A program made the position numbers and the translations under genes. The notes below the pieces were generated by a model. It saw nothing but the letters and a program-made list of their open reading frames with translations, was not told where the DNA came from and searched no databases. Shown here one piece after another: positions 20,121 to 30,449 of a stretch of DNA of 64,000 bases (position 1 is its first letter; each line of letters opens with the position of its first letter). Origin of the DNA: Candidatus Bathyarchaeota archaeon (GTDB lineage Archaea; Thermoproteota; Bathyarchaeia; Bathyarchaeales; Bathycorpusculaceae); assembly GCA_963828195.1 (NCBI GenBank), contig CAWHDT010000005.1, positions 448,001 through 512,000 of the forward strand, in the 5' to 3' direction.

Positions 20121-21719
20121 ATGTCAAAAGCTGGTTCTCCAAAGATAACTTACGTAACTTTGTCCACTGATGAGAGCATTCACCCCAAATATGAGGCTGC
20201 TCTTAAAAAATTTGAGAAGGCACTTGGGCAGCATTACCCAGTGTACATCGGGGAAAAAGAAGTTTGGTCACAAGAGGGAGAGTTCGAGCACCATAGCCCC
20301 TTTGACACATCAATAACAGTTGGTTTCTTCCAAGTCGGCACTTCAGCCCACGCCAAACTTGCTATAGCGGCAGCCAAAGAAGCGTTCCCATTGTGGAGTG
20401 AAAAAAGCTGGCGGGAAAGAATCAGCATCATGAACAGAGCCGCTGATCTTATTGACGAACGAAAGTTTGACATTGCAGCAGTCGTCACCTATGAAGTCGG
20501 GAAGAACCGACTCGAAGCCTTAGCTGAGTGCTGGGAAGCCATAGATGCCATAAAGTTTTACTCAAAAATCATGGAGAAAAACAATGGATACGTTGAAAAA
20601 ATGAGGCAGGGCGGCCCCGGCGAGGACTGCACGGTGGTTTCGAAACCCTTCGGCGTCTGGCCAGTGATTCCGCCTTTCAACTTTCCCTTCATGCTCGCAA
20701 ACGGAATGGCCCTCGGCGCTCTCCTCACCGGGAACACCATCATACTGAAGCCAACCAGCGAAGCCCCACTTACAGGCTTGTTACTGTACAAAGTTTTCAG
20801 GGATGCCGGAGTCCCAGCGGGAGCAATCAACTACGTTACGGGTCCAGGAAACAACTTCGGGAAGGAATTTGTTTCAAACAGGGATGTGGCAGGCATTGCC
20901 TTCACAGGCTCCAGAGACGTGGGGATGAACCTGTTCCACGAGTTCTTGACTCAGCAGCCGTACCCTAAGCCGATTGTGCTTGAGTTGGGAAGCAAGAACC
21001 CAGTGGTTGTGACCGCCTCAGCAAACCTCGATAAAGCTGTTGAAGGCACGGTCAGGTCGGCTTTTGGCTACGGGGGACAGAAGTGTAGCGCAACATCAAG
21101 GATCTACGTGCAGAGCACAATCCGAGACAAATTCCTGAAAACTCTCAAAGAACGCGTCGAAAAAATAGTTGTCGGTGATCCAAGAGAAAAAGACGTTTTC
21201 ATGGGACCTGTAATCAACGAAGTGGTGCTGAAAAAATTCATTGTGGCGAAGTCAGATGCAAGCAAAGCTGGTGGAGAGGTGATTGCGGGCGGGGAGGTGC
21301 TTAAGACGGGCAAATTCAGTAATGGATACTTCCTTTCGCCAACAATTATCGTTGGATTGCCACAGGCTAATCGGCTCTTTAGAGAAGAGCTGTTTATGCC
21401 GCTTGTCGTGATTGGTGAATTCAAAACCATGGCGGAAGCCGTCGCCAAAGTCAACGATACGGAGTTCGGATTGACCGCAGGCATCTTCTCAGAAAACCCA
21501 GAGGAAATACAAACTTTCATGAATCAAGTGCAGTTCGGCGTTCTCTACGCGAACCGAAGCGGCGGAGCAACTACGGGAGCTTGGCCAGGCGCTCAATCCT
21601 TCACAGGCTGGAACGCAAGCGGCGCAACAGGGCGAGGCATAGGAGGGGAACACTATCTCCTCAATTTTCTACGCGACCAATCCCAAACACTGGTTTCTGA
21701 TCAATCGCTGAAAAAATAG
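20121..21719 (+). CDS. Aldehyde dehydrogenase (P5C dehydrogenase-like)
   Basis: PFNFP, FTGS, ELGSKN, GQKCSA, EELFMP; ATG at 20121 is the more likely start. Confidence 0.88.
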   Translation: MSKAGSPKITYVTLSTDESIHPKYEAALKKFEKALGQHYPVYIGEKEVWSQEGEFEHHSPFDTSITVGFFQVGTSAHAKLAIAAAKEAFPLWSEKSWRERISIMNRAADLIDERKFDIAAVVTYEVGKNRLEALAECWEAIDAIKFYSKIMEKNNGYVEKMRQGGPGEDCTVVSKPFGVWPVIPPFNFPFMLANGMALGALLTGNTIILKPTSEAPLTGLLLYKVFRDAGVPAGAINYVTGPGNNFGKEFVSNRDVAGIAFTGSRDVGMNLFHEFLTQQPYPKPIVLELGSKNPVVVTASANLDKAVEGTVRSAFGYGGQKCSATSRIYVQSTIRDKFLKTLKERVEKIVVGDPREKDVFMGPVINEVVLKKFIVAKSDASKAGGEVIAGGEVLKTGKFSNGYFLSPTIIVGLPQANRLFREELFMPLVVIGEFKTMAEAVAKVNDTEFGLTAGIFSENPEEIQTFMNQVQFGVLYANRSGGATTGAWPGAQSFTGWNASGATGRGIGGEHYLLNFLRDQSQTLVSDQSLKK

Positions 21720-21906
21720 AGGAAACAGGGCAAGTTTTTGCGAAGAATTTTAGCCTTAACTTCTATGTTGCGTTGACGTATTAGAGCTCAAGTGCCGCCC
21801 CGCATTTTGCCCAGTTCTGTTTATGAACGGGAACCGCTTGTTTCTTATTGTGCCCCAAAAAACGTTCTTTAGGGGAGAATCACAGAGAATGTAAGCTTAA
21901 AAAGAA

Positions 21907-21958
21907 AAATAAACCTGAATGAACAATAATAAGCATAAATAAACTGTTATGAACAATA
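21907..21958 (+). promoter_or_regulatory. Imperfect 22-bp direct repeat with 30-bp period upstream of the secreted protein gene
   Basis: AAATAAACCTGAATGAACAATA / AAATAAACTGTTATGAACAATA. Confidence 0.4.
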
Positions 21959-22025
21959 TTATACTAAAAGAAGCTCAGAAACGCTTTTATTTATCTGGGA
22001 ATTATGAAGTGTTCAGAAACTTGAG

Positions 22026-22853
22026 ATGATTAAAATGAAAACAACCATTGCAGCAATAATCTTAACCGCAATAGCGGTAATGGGCTTAAGCTTCGCGGGA
22101 GCATTCGCAAGTGTGACACCAACAGTCGCTTCACCGACACCAGCCTGCTCAGCTGTACCTCCAATATCCATAATTCCGATCCAAAGCAACTGGGTAAGAA
22201 TAGACGGCAACATAAACTCATTTGGATCCCAAGTGTATCCAGCAGTCAACGGCACCCTAACAGTAATGTCGGCGACCACAAGCAAAAACGGGGTTCCGTC
22301 AACCTGGGTTGACTCAGCGACTGCACTCTGGACTAACACAACCAACTATAGACAGGACGGCAACATCTCCTACAGCTACTATGCAGCTAGGCTTGTGAAA
22401 TCCAACTTCACCGCGACTAACTTCCAAGGAAACGACTTCTACCTCAACGGCACGTGGAGCGTCGCGAACATCACAATCACACGAACAGTAATCAAAGAAG
22501 ACGGTAGCACAAACATCCAATCCAACACCAACATTACGCCCCTTGAAGTCAGAGTGTACGGCGAACTGAACGTAACCGACTCATGGACTCAGTTCACGCT
22601 AAACATCACCGGAGTGCCTCTACTTGACGGCACAGTACAGCGATCAGTAGAGAGACAGGTGATGCTAAACAGATTCGACATAATCAACGGTGGAACAAGC
22701 ACAACAGTTACACGGGCAGACCTGACAACCATAGAAAACGCCTATGGAGCAGTACCCGGCAATGCGAACTATCAAGAAAGCATGGACTTCCACGGCACAT
22801 ATCAAATAGACATCTGTGACATATCAACTGTAGCAGCCAACGTACAACCCTAA
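22026..22853 (+). CDS. Secreted glycoprotein with degenerate C-terminal dockerin-like domain
   Basis: Signal peptide, many NxS/T sequons, C-terminal AYGAVPGNANYQESMDFHGTYQIDICDISTVA. Confidence 0.65.
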   Translation: MIKMKTTIAAIILTAIAVMGLSFAGAFASVTPTVASPTPACSAVPPISIIPIQSNWVRIDGNINSFGSQVYPAVNGTLTVMSATTSKNGVPSTWVDSATALWTNTTNYRQDGNISYSYYAARLVKSNFTATNFQGNDFYLNGTWSVANITITRTVIKEDGSTNIQSNTNITPLEVRVYGELNVTDSWTQFTLNITGVPLLDGTVQRSVERQVMLNRFDIINGGTSTTVTRADLTTIENAYGAVPGNANYQESMDFHGTYQIDICDISTVAANVQP

Positions 22854-22959
22854 ACTTTTACCCTTCTTTTTCTTTTTTCTACCATCTGAAACCAGCGTAG
22901 CTAGCATGAATGGCAAATTAATTTCATTCCAAGTTGCCTATGAGCCTTGGGTTCTCAAT

Positions 22960-23553
22960 TCATTTTAAAGATTTCACTGTTTTTAGCCAATCCAAAAAAT
23001 TTTCTCGTAGTTTCTGCAGGTTTTCCAGCACATGCACGTCTTCTGTTTTTTCCAGTTTTCTGACCTGCTCTGCCTCTTCTTTGCGTACCCTTAGTTTCAT
23101 TTCTTTGCCGTTGGGAAGTTTCGTATAAACTATGCTCTCCCTATAGTCTGTGGGTAGGATGTAGACGGGTTTGAAGGCTTTGAGGCTCATTATTGCGGCG
23201 TTTGTTAGCATGGTGTCGCTTATGCCGTTGACGATTTTCGCGACGGAGTTTGATGAGCACGGGGCGATGAGCAGGAACTCGTATTTTCCGCTTTGCATCC
23301 AAGCCGCAAGAAACGGTGAATTCGCGTTAACTTCAACCATTACCTTGCCAAAGCTCTTTTTCACATCTTCATCTAACCTGTAGAACTTGAGCATTGTGTC
23401 GGCGGCTTTGGATATGTAGACGTCAATGTCAACCACATCCTCAGACTGCTTCTTCAGTTCCTTCATAACCTCAACAATTTCAGCAATTTTGTCGCCGGCG
23501 CCCGTTATACCCCAGGCAACTTTAATTTTCTTAACTTTAACTTCTTCAGCCAA
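22960..23553 (-). CDS. afpA: Archaeoflavoprotein AfpA
   Basis: AWGITGAGD, APCSSNSVAKI, ILPTD, TKLPNG. Confidence 0.85.
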   Translation of the reverse strand: MAEEVKVKKIKVAWGITGAGDKIAEIVEVMKELKKQSEDVVDIDVYISKAADTMLKFYRLDEDVKKSFGKVMVEVNANSPFLAAWMQSGKYEFLLIAPCSSNSVAKIVNGISDTMLTNAAIMSLKAFKPVYILPTDYRESIVYTKLPNGKEMKLRVRKEEAEQVRKLEKTEDVHVLENLQKLRENFLDWLKTVKSLK

Positions 23554-23563
23554 CCATACTCAC

Positions 23564-24160
23564 CTATTTTTCTCCATATTTCTCAACATATTCAGCAAAC
23601 CGCTTCACGGTCTTCTTAAGGCTCCTGAAGCCTTCCTCATCCAACTTGACACCTTCCAACGTGTCCTTGCTCCAAAAAGTTGCCCCTAAATTTCCTCCAA
23701 AAAACCCGCCGCTCACAGGAATAGCGCCGTTAAGAATGTAGAATGTATGAATCTGCGTCAATGCAGCTTCTTGCCCGCCTGCTCGGTCGCCGCCGCAAGC
23801 GATGCCCATGCCGATTTTGCCCTTGAAAAAGTCTTTGTTACCGGCAACAGCAGCTCTGCAACGGTCCATTATTGCTTTTGTTTGTGCGCTGACACCGCCA
23901 TTGTAAACTGGTGTCGCAAAAATTATTCCTGTAGCGTCTTTTAGCAGTGCGTAGACTTCTTGCATGTCGTCTTTGTACACGCATTCCTTGTGTGTGAGGC
24001 AATAGTTGTTGTGTGTGCAAAAACTAATGCGTTTTCCCCTGATTGCCCAAAATCGAGTTTGAAACCCTTTTTCCTCCAGCATTCGCAGGGCTTCTTTCAA
24101 AACATAATCCGTAGCTTGCTCTCTTGGGCTCCCGCAAATTCCAACTATCATAATCGTCAA
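23564..24160 (-). CDS. Iron-sulfur flavoprotein (Isf)/flavodoxin family
   Basis: GICGSPR, CxxNxxCx5C, ATPVYNG, GGDRAGGQE. Confidence 0.85.
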   Translation of the reverse strand: MTIMIVGICGSPREQATDYVLKEALRMLEEKGFQTRFWAIRGKRISFCTHNNYCLTHKECVYKDDMQEVYALLKDATGIIFATPVYNGGVSAQTKAIMDRCRAAVAGNKDFFKGKIGMGIACGGDRAGGQEAALTQIHTFYILNGAIPVSGGFFGGNLGATFWSKDTLEGVKLDEEGFRSLKKTVKRFAEYVEKYGEK

Positions 24161-24215
24161 TGAAAGTTAACTGTTAATTTGCATTAAAGCATTACGCAAA
24201 CTGCCAATCTCCGGC

Positions 24216-25679
24216 TTACATGGTTGCGCGGAATCCCCTGAGCACTTCCCTGATAGATTGTGCAAGAGGATGCTTGACCTGTACGGGCTCGTTTAGTTTT
24301 TCTAGTCGGTTTACTCGCCAGTATATGGGCGGGTGCGCGTCTAATTTGAGCCATTCTTGGAAACGGTAACCCGGTATGCGTTCATATAGGAGGCGCCGGA
24401 AACCGATTTTTTCCAGTGCGTTCGCCAAGATTTTGGGTTGCCCCATCATTATGGCGGACGTTAGGTCAGCTCGGGCTTCAAAGAATTTAGCTATCAAGAA
24501 TATAAGCGTCATAACTGCGAAGAAGTAGACGAGGAACAGTAAAGAGAATAAGAAAGAGGAAAGTATCTCGGGGAATAGTGCGAGTAGGACGTAGAATCGA
24601 AATATGAATTCGGCGCTTAATAATCCAAAGAGAATGAGGGGATCTCTGCCTTTGAGGTGCCCGAATTCGTGCCCTAAGACGCTTACGACTTCGGGTTCAT
24701 CAAGCTGCACAAGCAGCCCAGTGGTTATAAGCACTATTCCCCGTTTAGGGCTTGGTCCAGAAGCGGCGGCGTTAGGAACCATAGTGTTTGAAATAACTAT
24801 TTTTGGCACCTTATAGCCGAAGCGGTCAGCCACCTTTTTCACCAGTTCGTAGACATTGATTTTTTTAGCTACCAAACTGCCTTGCCTGCAAGATACGTTG
24901 TATTTGTAGAAGACGCTTTCGGCTTCAGTGCAGTCGATTTGGCCGTTTTTAGCTATAATTTTGTCGTAGATTTCCTTTTTGAGTGCTAAGAGCTGTTCAG
25001 GCGGGATTTGTTGGTAGTCGTCAATGGTGCCAAGTGAACCGATTGGCGGCTGGTACTCTAAGAAGTGTATCGTGGGGTTGTCTTTAGTGATGACCCAGTC
25101 AGCCGATCTAGCTATAATTCTGCCCGAGTAGAAAAAGAACACGGATTGTGACGCGATTAGGATTATCGGTGCGATCCAGAAATACGGATGGTAATACTCG
25201 TAAAATACTATGAATAAGCCCAAGCCTAAAACTATGAATACGAAGATGAGGAGAACTTGAGTTTCCAAAAAGATGCGTTGGAAACTTTTTGGGCGAAGCG
25301 TAGCTTTTTCAGGAACGATTTTTTCTCCCTCCTGCCACGCGAAGAACCATGTGGCATTGCGGGCTTTTTCCTCAAACGTCCGCGTAGCAATAACCACGTC
25401 CTGTCGAGCCTCGGCTCTCGCATCTTCAGACACCTGCGGGTCCAGAGGCGTTATAGTCATGTTCACGGAGTCAATACCCACAACATCCACTTGTAAACTC
25501 TGCTTTCTATGTTCGTCTAGGATAACGTATGAGATGCGGTTGCTGTTCGGAGTTATTTCTTTGGTTAGGTTGGAGAACCGTTGTTGCTGAGGATCCAAAA
25601 AAAGCCAGTAAATGTAGTCAAATAGTTTTTCGTAGTAACTGGGCGGAACTTGAGTGTCAATCTTGTAAGAAACAGCCAA
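24216..25679 (-). CDS. M48/HtpX-like membrane zinc protease with N-terminal extension
   Basis: PNAAASG, HEFGH, EARAD, HPP. Confidence 0.85.
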   Translation of the reverse strand: MAVSYKIDTQVPPSYYEKLFDYIYWLFLDPQQQRFSNLTKEITPNSNRISYVILDEHRKQSLQVDVVGIDSVNMTITPLDPQVSEDARAEARQDVVIATRTFEEKARNATWFFAWQEGEKIVPEKATLRPKSFQRIFLETQVLLIFVFIVLGLGLFIVFYEYYHPYFWIAPIILIASQSVFFFYSGRIIARSADWVITKDNPTIHFLEYQPPIGSLGTIDDYQQIPPEQLLALKKEIYDKIIAKNGQIDCTEAESVFYKYNVSCRQGSLVAKKINVYELVKKVADRFGYKVPKIVISNTMVPNAAASGPSPKRGIVLITTGLLVQLDEPEVVSVLGHEFGHLKGRDPLILFGLLSAEFIFRFYVLLALFPEILSSFLFSLLFLVYFFAVMTLIFLIAKFFEARADLTSAIMMGQPKILANALEKIGFRRLLYERIPGYRFQEWLKLDAHPPIYWRVNRLEKLNEPVQVKHPLAQSIREVLRGFRATM

Positions 25680-25819
25680 TGAATACCTTCTAAAAAATTA
25701 AAGCGCTTCAACTTAAAATATGCTCTGTTTAACCAAATAACCCCGTAAATATTGCGTTCAAAAGTACTCACTAACGCTAAACCTAAGTTGTTTATTCCTA
25801 AAAATAAAAGAAAAGATTT

Positions 25820-27031
25820 TTAGATGCTGGGATTTTCACCTGCATTTTGGTCGGTTTTTGAGCGCTTACCTGCATTTTTCGGAGCACTTTCAGTGGTATT
25901 GGAGCTCTCAATTAGGGATGCCGATTCTGAGATTGTGGAACTACCGGCTTGAGGGGCGTGGATTTGTGATCCGTCCTTCAAGATTTCACCTTTGAAACCA
26001 ATCTTTTCGTATCCCTTATGTCGATAATACAACATAGCAACAATCCAAGCAGTCAAAAACGTCCCAATCACCACGTAGCCAATCTGCCCGAAATCAAGCG
26101 CATTCAGAACAGCCCAAAAGCCAGTCGTGTAACCTAGTTCACTTCCAAACACCTGAAGCATTTCAATTCCTCCAATGACAAAGGCGACAAGCACCGAAAT
26201 CACTGTAATCGTCAAGTTATAGTAGACCTTCCTAATCGGTCTCAGAAATGCCCAGCTATAAGCAGACCGCATGACCACGCCGTCAGTTGAATCAACAGTA
26301 ACCATTCCAGCAGTGAATAAACAAGGCAGCACAATAATTGTCCACAGGGGGACTGTACCGGAAACACCGACAGTAGCAGCTATAAGAGCAACCTGCGTTG
26401 CAGTATCAAAACCTAAACCGAACAATATGCCTATAGGAAATATTTGCCAGGGTTCATTAATGAGTTTAAATAATCTGCCAGCAACCCTTCCTGTAACAGT
26501 TTTCTCGTTCAGATTTTTATTCATTTCCTCGTTAGAAATGGTACCTGCCTTGCATTGTTTAAATGTTTTATAGACGTCTCGTACGATAAACAAGTTAAGC
26601 AGCCCAATAATGAACAGGAACAAACCGCTAAGTCCAGTGCCCAATACGTTACCGCCTGACTCAAATCCAGGTACAGCACTTACTATTTCTTTAGCTGCAA
26701 CAACCAAACCCAGCGTGATCCCAATGACAATAACTGAGTGGCCCAAAGAAAACCACATACCAGTAGTTACAGGCCGTTTCCCCTGCTGAAGCAACTTCCG
26801 CGTAGTATTATCAATCGCAGCAATATGGTCAGCATCGACGGCATGCTGCAACCCCAAGATATAGGAATAGAGTGCAAGACTGCCGATCAAAATATATTTG
26901 AATCCTATCATAGTTGCGGAAATGAAACAGAACACAGTGAAAGCTGCAAGAGCGCCATAAAGGCTGGCTATCTTTATTTTCTCTCGTCTGGTATAACCTA
27001 ACCGATCTTCTTGTTCATTTTTATCTGCCAT
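25820..27031 (-). CDS. HoxN/HupN/NixA (NiCoT) nickel/cobalt permease
   Basis: HAVDADHIAAIDN, FSLGHS, GLGFDTAT signatures. Confidence 0.93.
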   Translation of the reverse strand: MADKNEQEDRLGYTRREKIKIASLYGALAAFTVFCFISATMIGFKYILIGSLALYSYILGLQHAVDADHIAAIDNTTRKLLQQGKRPVTTGMWFSLGHSVIVIGITLGLVVAAKEIVSAVPGFESGGNVLGTGLSGLFLFIIGLLNLFIVRDVYKTFKQCKAGTISNEEMNKNLNEKTVTGRVAGRLFKLINEPWQIFPIGILFGLGFDTATQVALIAATVGVSGTVPLWTIIVLPCLFTAGMVTVDSTDGVVMRSAYSWAFLRPIRKVYYNLTITVISVLVAFVIGGIEMLQVFGSELGYTTGFWAVLNALDFGQIGYVVIGTFLTAWIVAMLYYRHKGYEKIGFKGEILKDGSQIHAPQAGSSTISESASLIESSNTTESAPKNAGKRSKTDQNAGENPSI

Positions 27032-27166
27032 TTTATACCAACCCTTTGCCCGTTAATGTTAAACCCAATCTACCGCATTGTTCTCGTAGTCTTTGATGTT
27101 CTTCTGCCGACACCCTGCCCATTCCCCTTTAACTTTGATGGATGGATTATCCTGCCCAGGAACATA

Positions 27167-27210
27167 TTAACTTTAGCTTAACTAAAGTTAAGTGCAGGTT
27201 GAATTAAATT
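27167..27210. promoter_or_regulatory. Palindromic operator array upstream of NiCoT (TTAACTTTAG-CTTAA-CTAAAGTTAA...CAGGTTGAAT)
   Basis: Perfect 10-5-10 palindrome; the motif recurs at 29579-29607. Confidence 0.6.
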
Positions 27211-27382
27211 TTGGTTAAAAATTCGTTAACGTTGTTCAGAAGTATGCCTTTGATGATGATTTTCGCCGTCAGCCTTTTCATCGCTCATCACTCACCTTAC
27301 CCGTTACACAAAAAGTTTAGCAGAGACAAAAAAAGTTCATTCACATGCTCATAGTCAGAAATGTTTATGAAGAGCGTATCCC

Positions 27383-27399
27383 ATCCCCCCTGAGGGGAT
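27383..27399 (+). promoter_or_regulatory. CsoR-type operator ATCCCC-N5-GGGGAT
   Basis: C-tract/G-tract inverted repeat 6 bp before the csoR start. Confidence 0.7.
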
Positions 27400-27405
27400 A
27401 GGTTT

Positions 27406-27678
27406 ATGCACAAGGCAGAGCACAAAAGGCGAAAAGAAGTTTTAGACCGTTTAGCCAGAATAGAAGGCCATGTTCACGGGCTCCGAAAAATGGTCGAGGA
27501 AGACAAATCCTGCCCAGAAATTCTCCTGCAAGTTGCCGCAATACGAGCAGCACTAAATAAAGTGTCCCGCATAGTTCTGGAGGACCATATGGAAACCTGC
27601 ATGAAAGATGCAGCCTCGTCAGGAGACACAGAGCAACACCTCGAAGAACTCAAAGACGCACTATCCAAACTGATATAG
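27406..27678 (+). CDS. csoR: CsoR/RcnR family metal-sensing repressor
   Basis: RLARIEGHVHGL, CPEILLQ, HMETC (C-H-C ligands). Confidence 0.9.
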   Translation: MHKAEHKRRKEVLDRLARIEGHVHGLRKMVEEDKSCPEILLQVAAIRAALNKVSRIVLEDHMETCMKDAASSGDTEQHLEELKDALSKLI

Positions 27679-27689
27679 CCCAGTGAAAA

Positions 27690-29531
27690 ATGAAAATGCA
27701 AATATCACCCAAGCCTGCCCTTATTGCCGTTTTCGCCACTTTGGCTTTAGTAGGCTATATCTCAGCAACATTCGGACTTCTGCATTCGCCAATACCTCTT
27801 TATCTTCAGCTTTCAGGCGCCATTCTCGCATTATGCACTATCGGGGGTAACGCGGCTAAGAGCCTTCACGAACGATCTTTGAGTATGGACCTTTTGGCAA
27901 CAGTAGCCATATTAGCGTCGATTGTCAGCGGGGAATATTTACCTGCAACCATAGTGGGCATAATGCTGCTTGGCGGGGAAATGCTGGAGGATTACGCTCA
28001 GCAACGAAGCACAAGAGCTATACAAAAACTCATGGAAGGGCAACCTCAAACCGCAACGGTTTTGAGAAACGGCCAAGAAGTCCAGATTAAACCCGAGGAC
28101 GTGAAGCTTGGAGAGACAGTCATTGTTAAACCTGGCGCAAAAATCCCCGTGGATGGGATTATCCAAAAGGGTCACGCGTCAATCAATCAGGCTTCGGTAA
28201 CGGGCGAATCGGTTCCTGCTGAAAAATCGGAAGGAGCAAATGTTTACAGTGGAACCATAGTTCAGCAAGGTGCAATTTATTTAACCGCAACGGCAGTCGG
28301 CGAAAAAAGCACCTACGGCAGAATAATCACGATGGTTAAGGAAGCTGAAGAGAAAAAAGCGCCGATAGAACGTACAGCAGATAAATACGCAAAATACTTC
28401 ACACCAACCATATTGATAATAGGTTTAGTTGTATTCGCTTTAACACAGAACATGCTAAGAGTCGCAGCAGTATTCATAATCGCTTGTCCCTGCGCACTAA
28501 TATTATCGACACCGTCCGCCATTGTAGCGAGCATTGGAAATGCGGCGAAAAAAGGAATCCTGATTCGAAATGGAGAAAGCTTGGAAAAAATGGCTAAAAC
28601 CGACGTACTTGTTGTAGATAAAACCGGGACGATCACGAAGGGGAAACTTGAAGTTACAAACATAAAGAGCTTCAGCAATTACTCGTCTAAAGAAATTCTG
28701 CAGTTTGCGGCCACAGCCGAAAAATGTTCGGAACACCCCTTTGCGAAAGCCATTATAGAAAAAGCTCTTCAAGACGGATGCAATCCGCTGGATTCGGAAT
28801 GTTTTGAGCATTATCCAGGTTTGGGGGTTCATGTAGGTAACGGTGCAGCAGGCATTACCGCTGGAAACGAGCGCCTTCTCCAAAAATACGCAGTTCCAAT
28901 GACTCTCGAAGTCCAAAGTTACATTGCGGAACAAGAAATGAATACCGTTGTTTTAGTCGCAAAAGAAAGCTCCCTTGTCGGCGCCATAAGTTTGGCGGAT
29001 CAACCGAGGGATAACGTTAGGAGTATAATGGCGGATGTAAGGGCAAATGGGGTTCCGCGGGTCATAATGTTAACTGGGGACAACAAAAACGTGGCGGAAA
29101 AAGTTGCTGCAGCCTGCGCAATCGACGAGGCCGTATCCAACATGATGCCAGCTGACAAAGTTGATAAAATCAGTGAGCTGAAAAGCCGAGGTTTAACGGT
29201 TGCAATGGTTGGGGATGGAATTAACGATGCTCCCGCTCTTGCTAAGTCGGATGTTGGGGTCGCTATGGGGTTGGGTACGGATGTGGCGATTGAAACCGCT
29301 GGCGTAGTCTTGGTTTCGGATGATTTGGCACGGTTGCCTCAAATGTTTAAGATTGGAAAAACAACGATGTCTGTGATTAAGCAGAACATCGCGTTTGCCT
29401 TGACAGTAGATGCGATCGGCATAGTTTTGTGCAGTCAAGGGTTAATATCGCCTCTGTTTGCTGCCATCATCCATGAAAGTAACGCGCTGATTGTGATGGC
29501 GAACTCGCTGAGGCTTCTCAGAGTCAAATAG
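27690..29531 (+). CDS. P1B-type heavy-metal ATPase without an N-terminal metal-binding domain
   Basis: TGES, CPC, DKTGT, SEHP, GDGINDAP, HESN. Confidence 0.93.
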   Translation: MKMQISPKPALIAVFATLALVGYISATFGLLHSPIPLYLQLSGAILALCTIGGNAAKSLHERSLSMDLLATVAILASIVSGEYLPATIVGIMLLGGEMLEDYAQQRSTRAIQKLMEGQPQTATVLRNGQEVQIKPEDVKLGETVIVKPGAKIPVDGIIQKGHASINQASVTGESVPAEKSEGANVYSGTIVQQGAIYLTATAVGEKSTYGRIITMVKEAEEKKAPIERTADKYAKYFTPTILIIGLVVFALTQNMLRVAAVFIIACPCALILSTPSAIVASIGNAAKKGILIRNGESLEKMAKTDVLVVDKTGTITKGKLEVTNIKSFSNYSSKEILQFAATAEKCSEHPFAKAIIEKALQDGCNPLDSECFEHYPGLGVHVGNGAAGITAGNERLLQKYAVPMTLEVQSYIAEQEMNTVVLVAKESSLVGAISLADQPRDNVRSIMADVRANGVPRVIMLTGDNKNVAEKVAAACAIDEAVSNMMPADKVDKISELKSRGLTVAMVGDGINDAPALAKSDVGVAMGLGTDVAIETAGVVLVSDDLARLPQMFKIGKTTMSVIKQNIAFALTVDAIGIVLCSQGLISPLFAAIIHESNALIVMANSLRLLRVK

Positions 29532-29578
29532 TGTAGAGCTTGTTTGAATCGGAAAAACTGAAAGTTTATAAATATTCA

Positions 29579-29607
29579 TTTAACTGAAGTTAAAGTCAGG
29601 TTGAATA
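29579..29607. promoter_or_regulatory. Palindrome TTTAACT-GA-AGTTAAA plus CAGGTTGAAT between the TATA box and the regulator start
   Basis: Follows TTTATAAATA; matches the NiCoT upstream motif. Confidence 0.6.
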
Positions 29608-30449
29608 ATTTGCCCAAGAAAAACCAAACCCTTCTGTTGCGAAACAAAGGTGAATTTACTAAATTCCAAATCCTCCTCGAAGTCATGCACAACCAGCCCC
29701 ACATAAAACAAAAAGAAATCGCTGACACAATGGGAGTCACCATACAAGCCATCTCAAAATACTTTAAAAAACTCACTAAAGAAGGATTTCTCGAAGCTGG
29801 GTCAGGGCGTGCGGATTACCACTTGACTCCTAAAGGCGTAGGTAAACTTCATGATGACCTAAAGAGTCTGGAACGCTACGTTACTTCAGTTAAAAGCGAG
29901 ATAAAGGTTGAACACGCTTGGCCCGCCATAGCTACTCAACCAGTCAAAGCAGGGCAAACAGTTGGTTTAATCGTCAAAGAAGGCGTGATGCATACTGTTG
30001 ATCTGGGGAGTCCAGATACGGAATTAAAAGGGGTAGCCTTGACAGATGCTGAAGTTGGAGAAGATTTGGGGTTAAGTAACCTTCAGGGCAAAATGAACCT
30101 TAAACATGGCAAAATCCTCATCGTTAAATTGCCAAGCATCAGGCAAGGCGGCTCCAGAGCAGTGGACATCGCAAAAGTAAAAGCACTCTACAAAGAGTTC
30201 AAGCCTGATAGGGTAGCGGTGATGGGTGCGGTTGGCAGAGCGGTTCTGAACAAGCTGGGGGTGAAGGCGGACATCGAATTCGGCATCAGCCGAGCCGTCG
30301 CCATAGCAGCTTCTCGCGGGTTAAACGTGTTTGTGCTTGTTGTTGGCAGAATGACCAATCGCATGACCCAAGAGATAGATAATGTGAACATGAAAAGCGC
30401 AGCCAACATAAGCTACGAAGTAAGAGACGCAAAAAATCTCACAGCATAG
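29601..30449 (+). CDS. Winged-HTH (MarR-like) archaeal transcriptional regulator with C-terminal effector domain
   Basis: QKEIADTMGVTIQAISKYFKKL...YHLTPKG; PSIRQGGSR. Confidence 0.8.
   Translation: MNNLPKKNQTLLLRNKGEFTKFQILLEVMHNQPHIKQKEIADTMGVTIQAISKYFKKLTKEGFLEAGSGRADYHLTPKGVGKLHDDLKSLERYVTSVKSEIKVEHAWPAIATQPVKAGQTVGLIVKEGVMHTVDLGSPDTELKGVALTDAEVGEDLGLSNLQGKMNLKHGKILIVKLPSIRQGGSRAVDIAKVKALYKEFKPDRVAVMGAVGRAVLNKLGVKADIEFGISRAVAIAASRGLNVFVLVVGRMTNRMTQEIDNVNMKSAANISYEVRDAKNLTA

Noticed and set aside
27032-27165. Possible NiCo or cobalamin riboswitch in the long NiCoT leader
   Set aside because: Only short repeats (GGGCAGG, CATCAAAG); I could not build the consensus multi-stem fold by eye, so an Rfam search is needed
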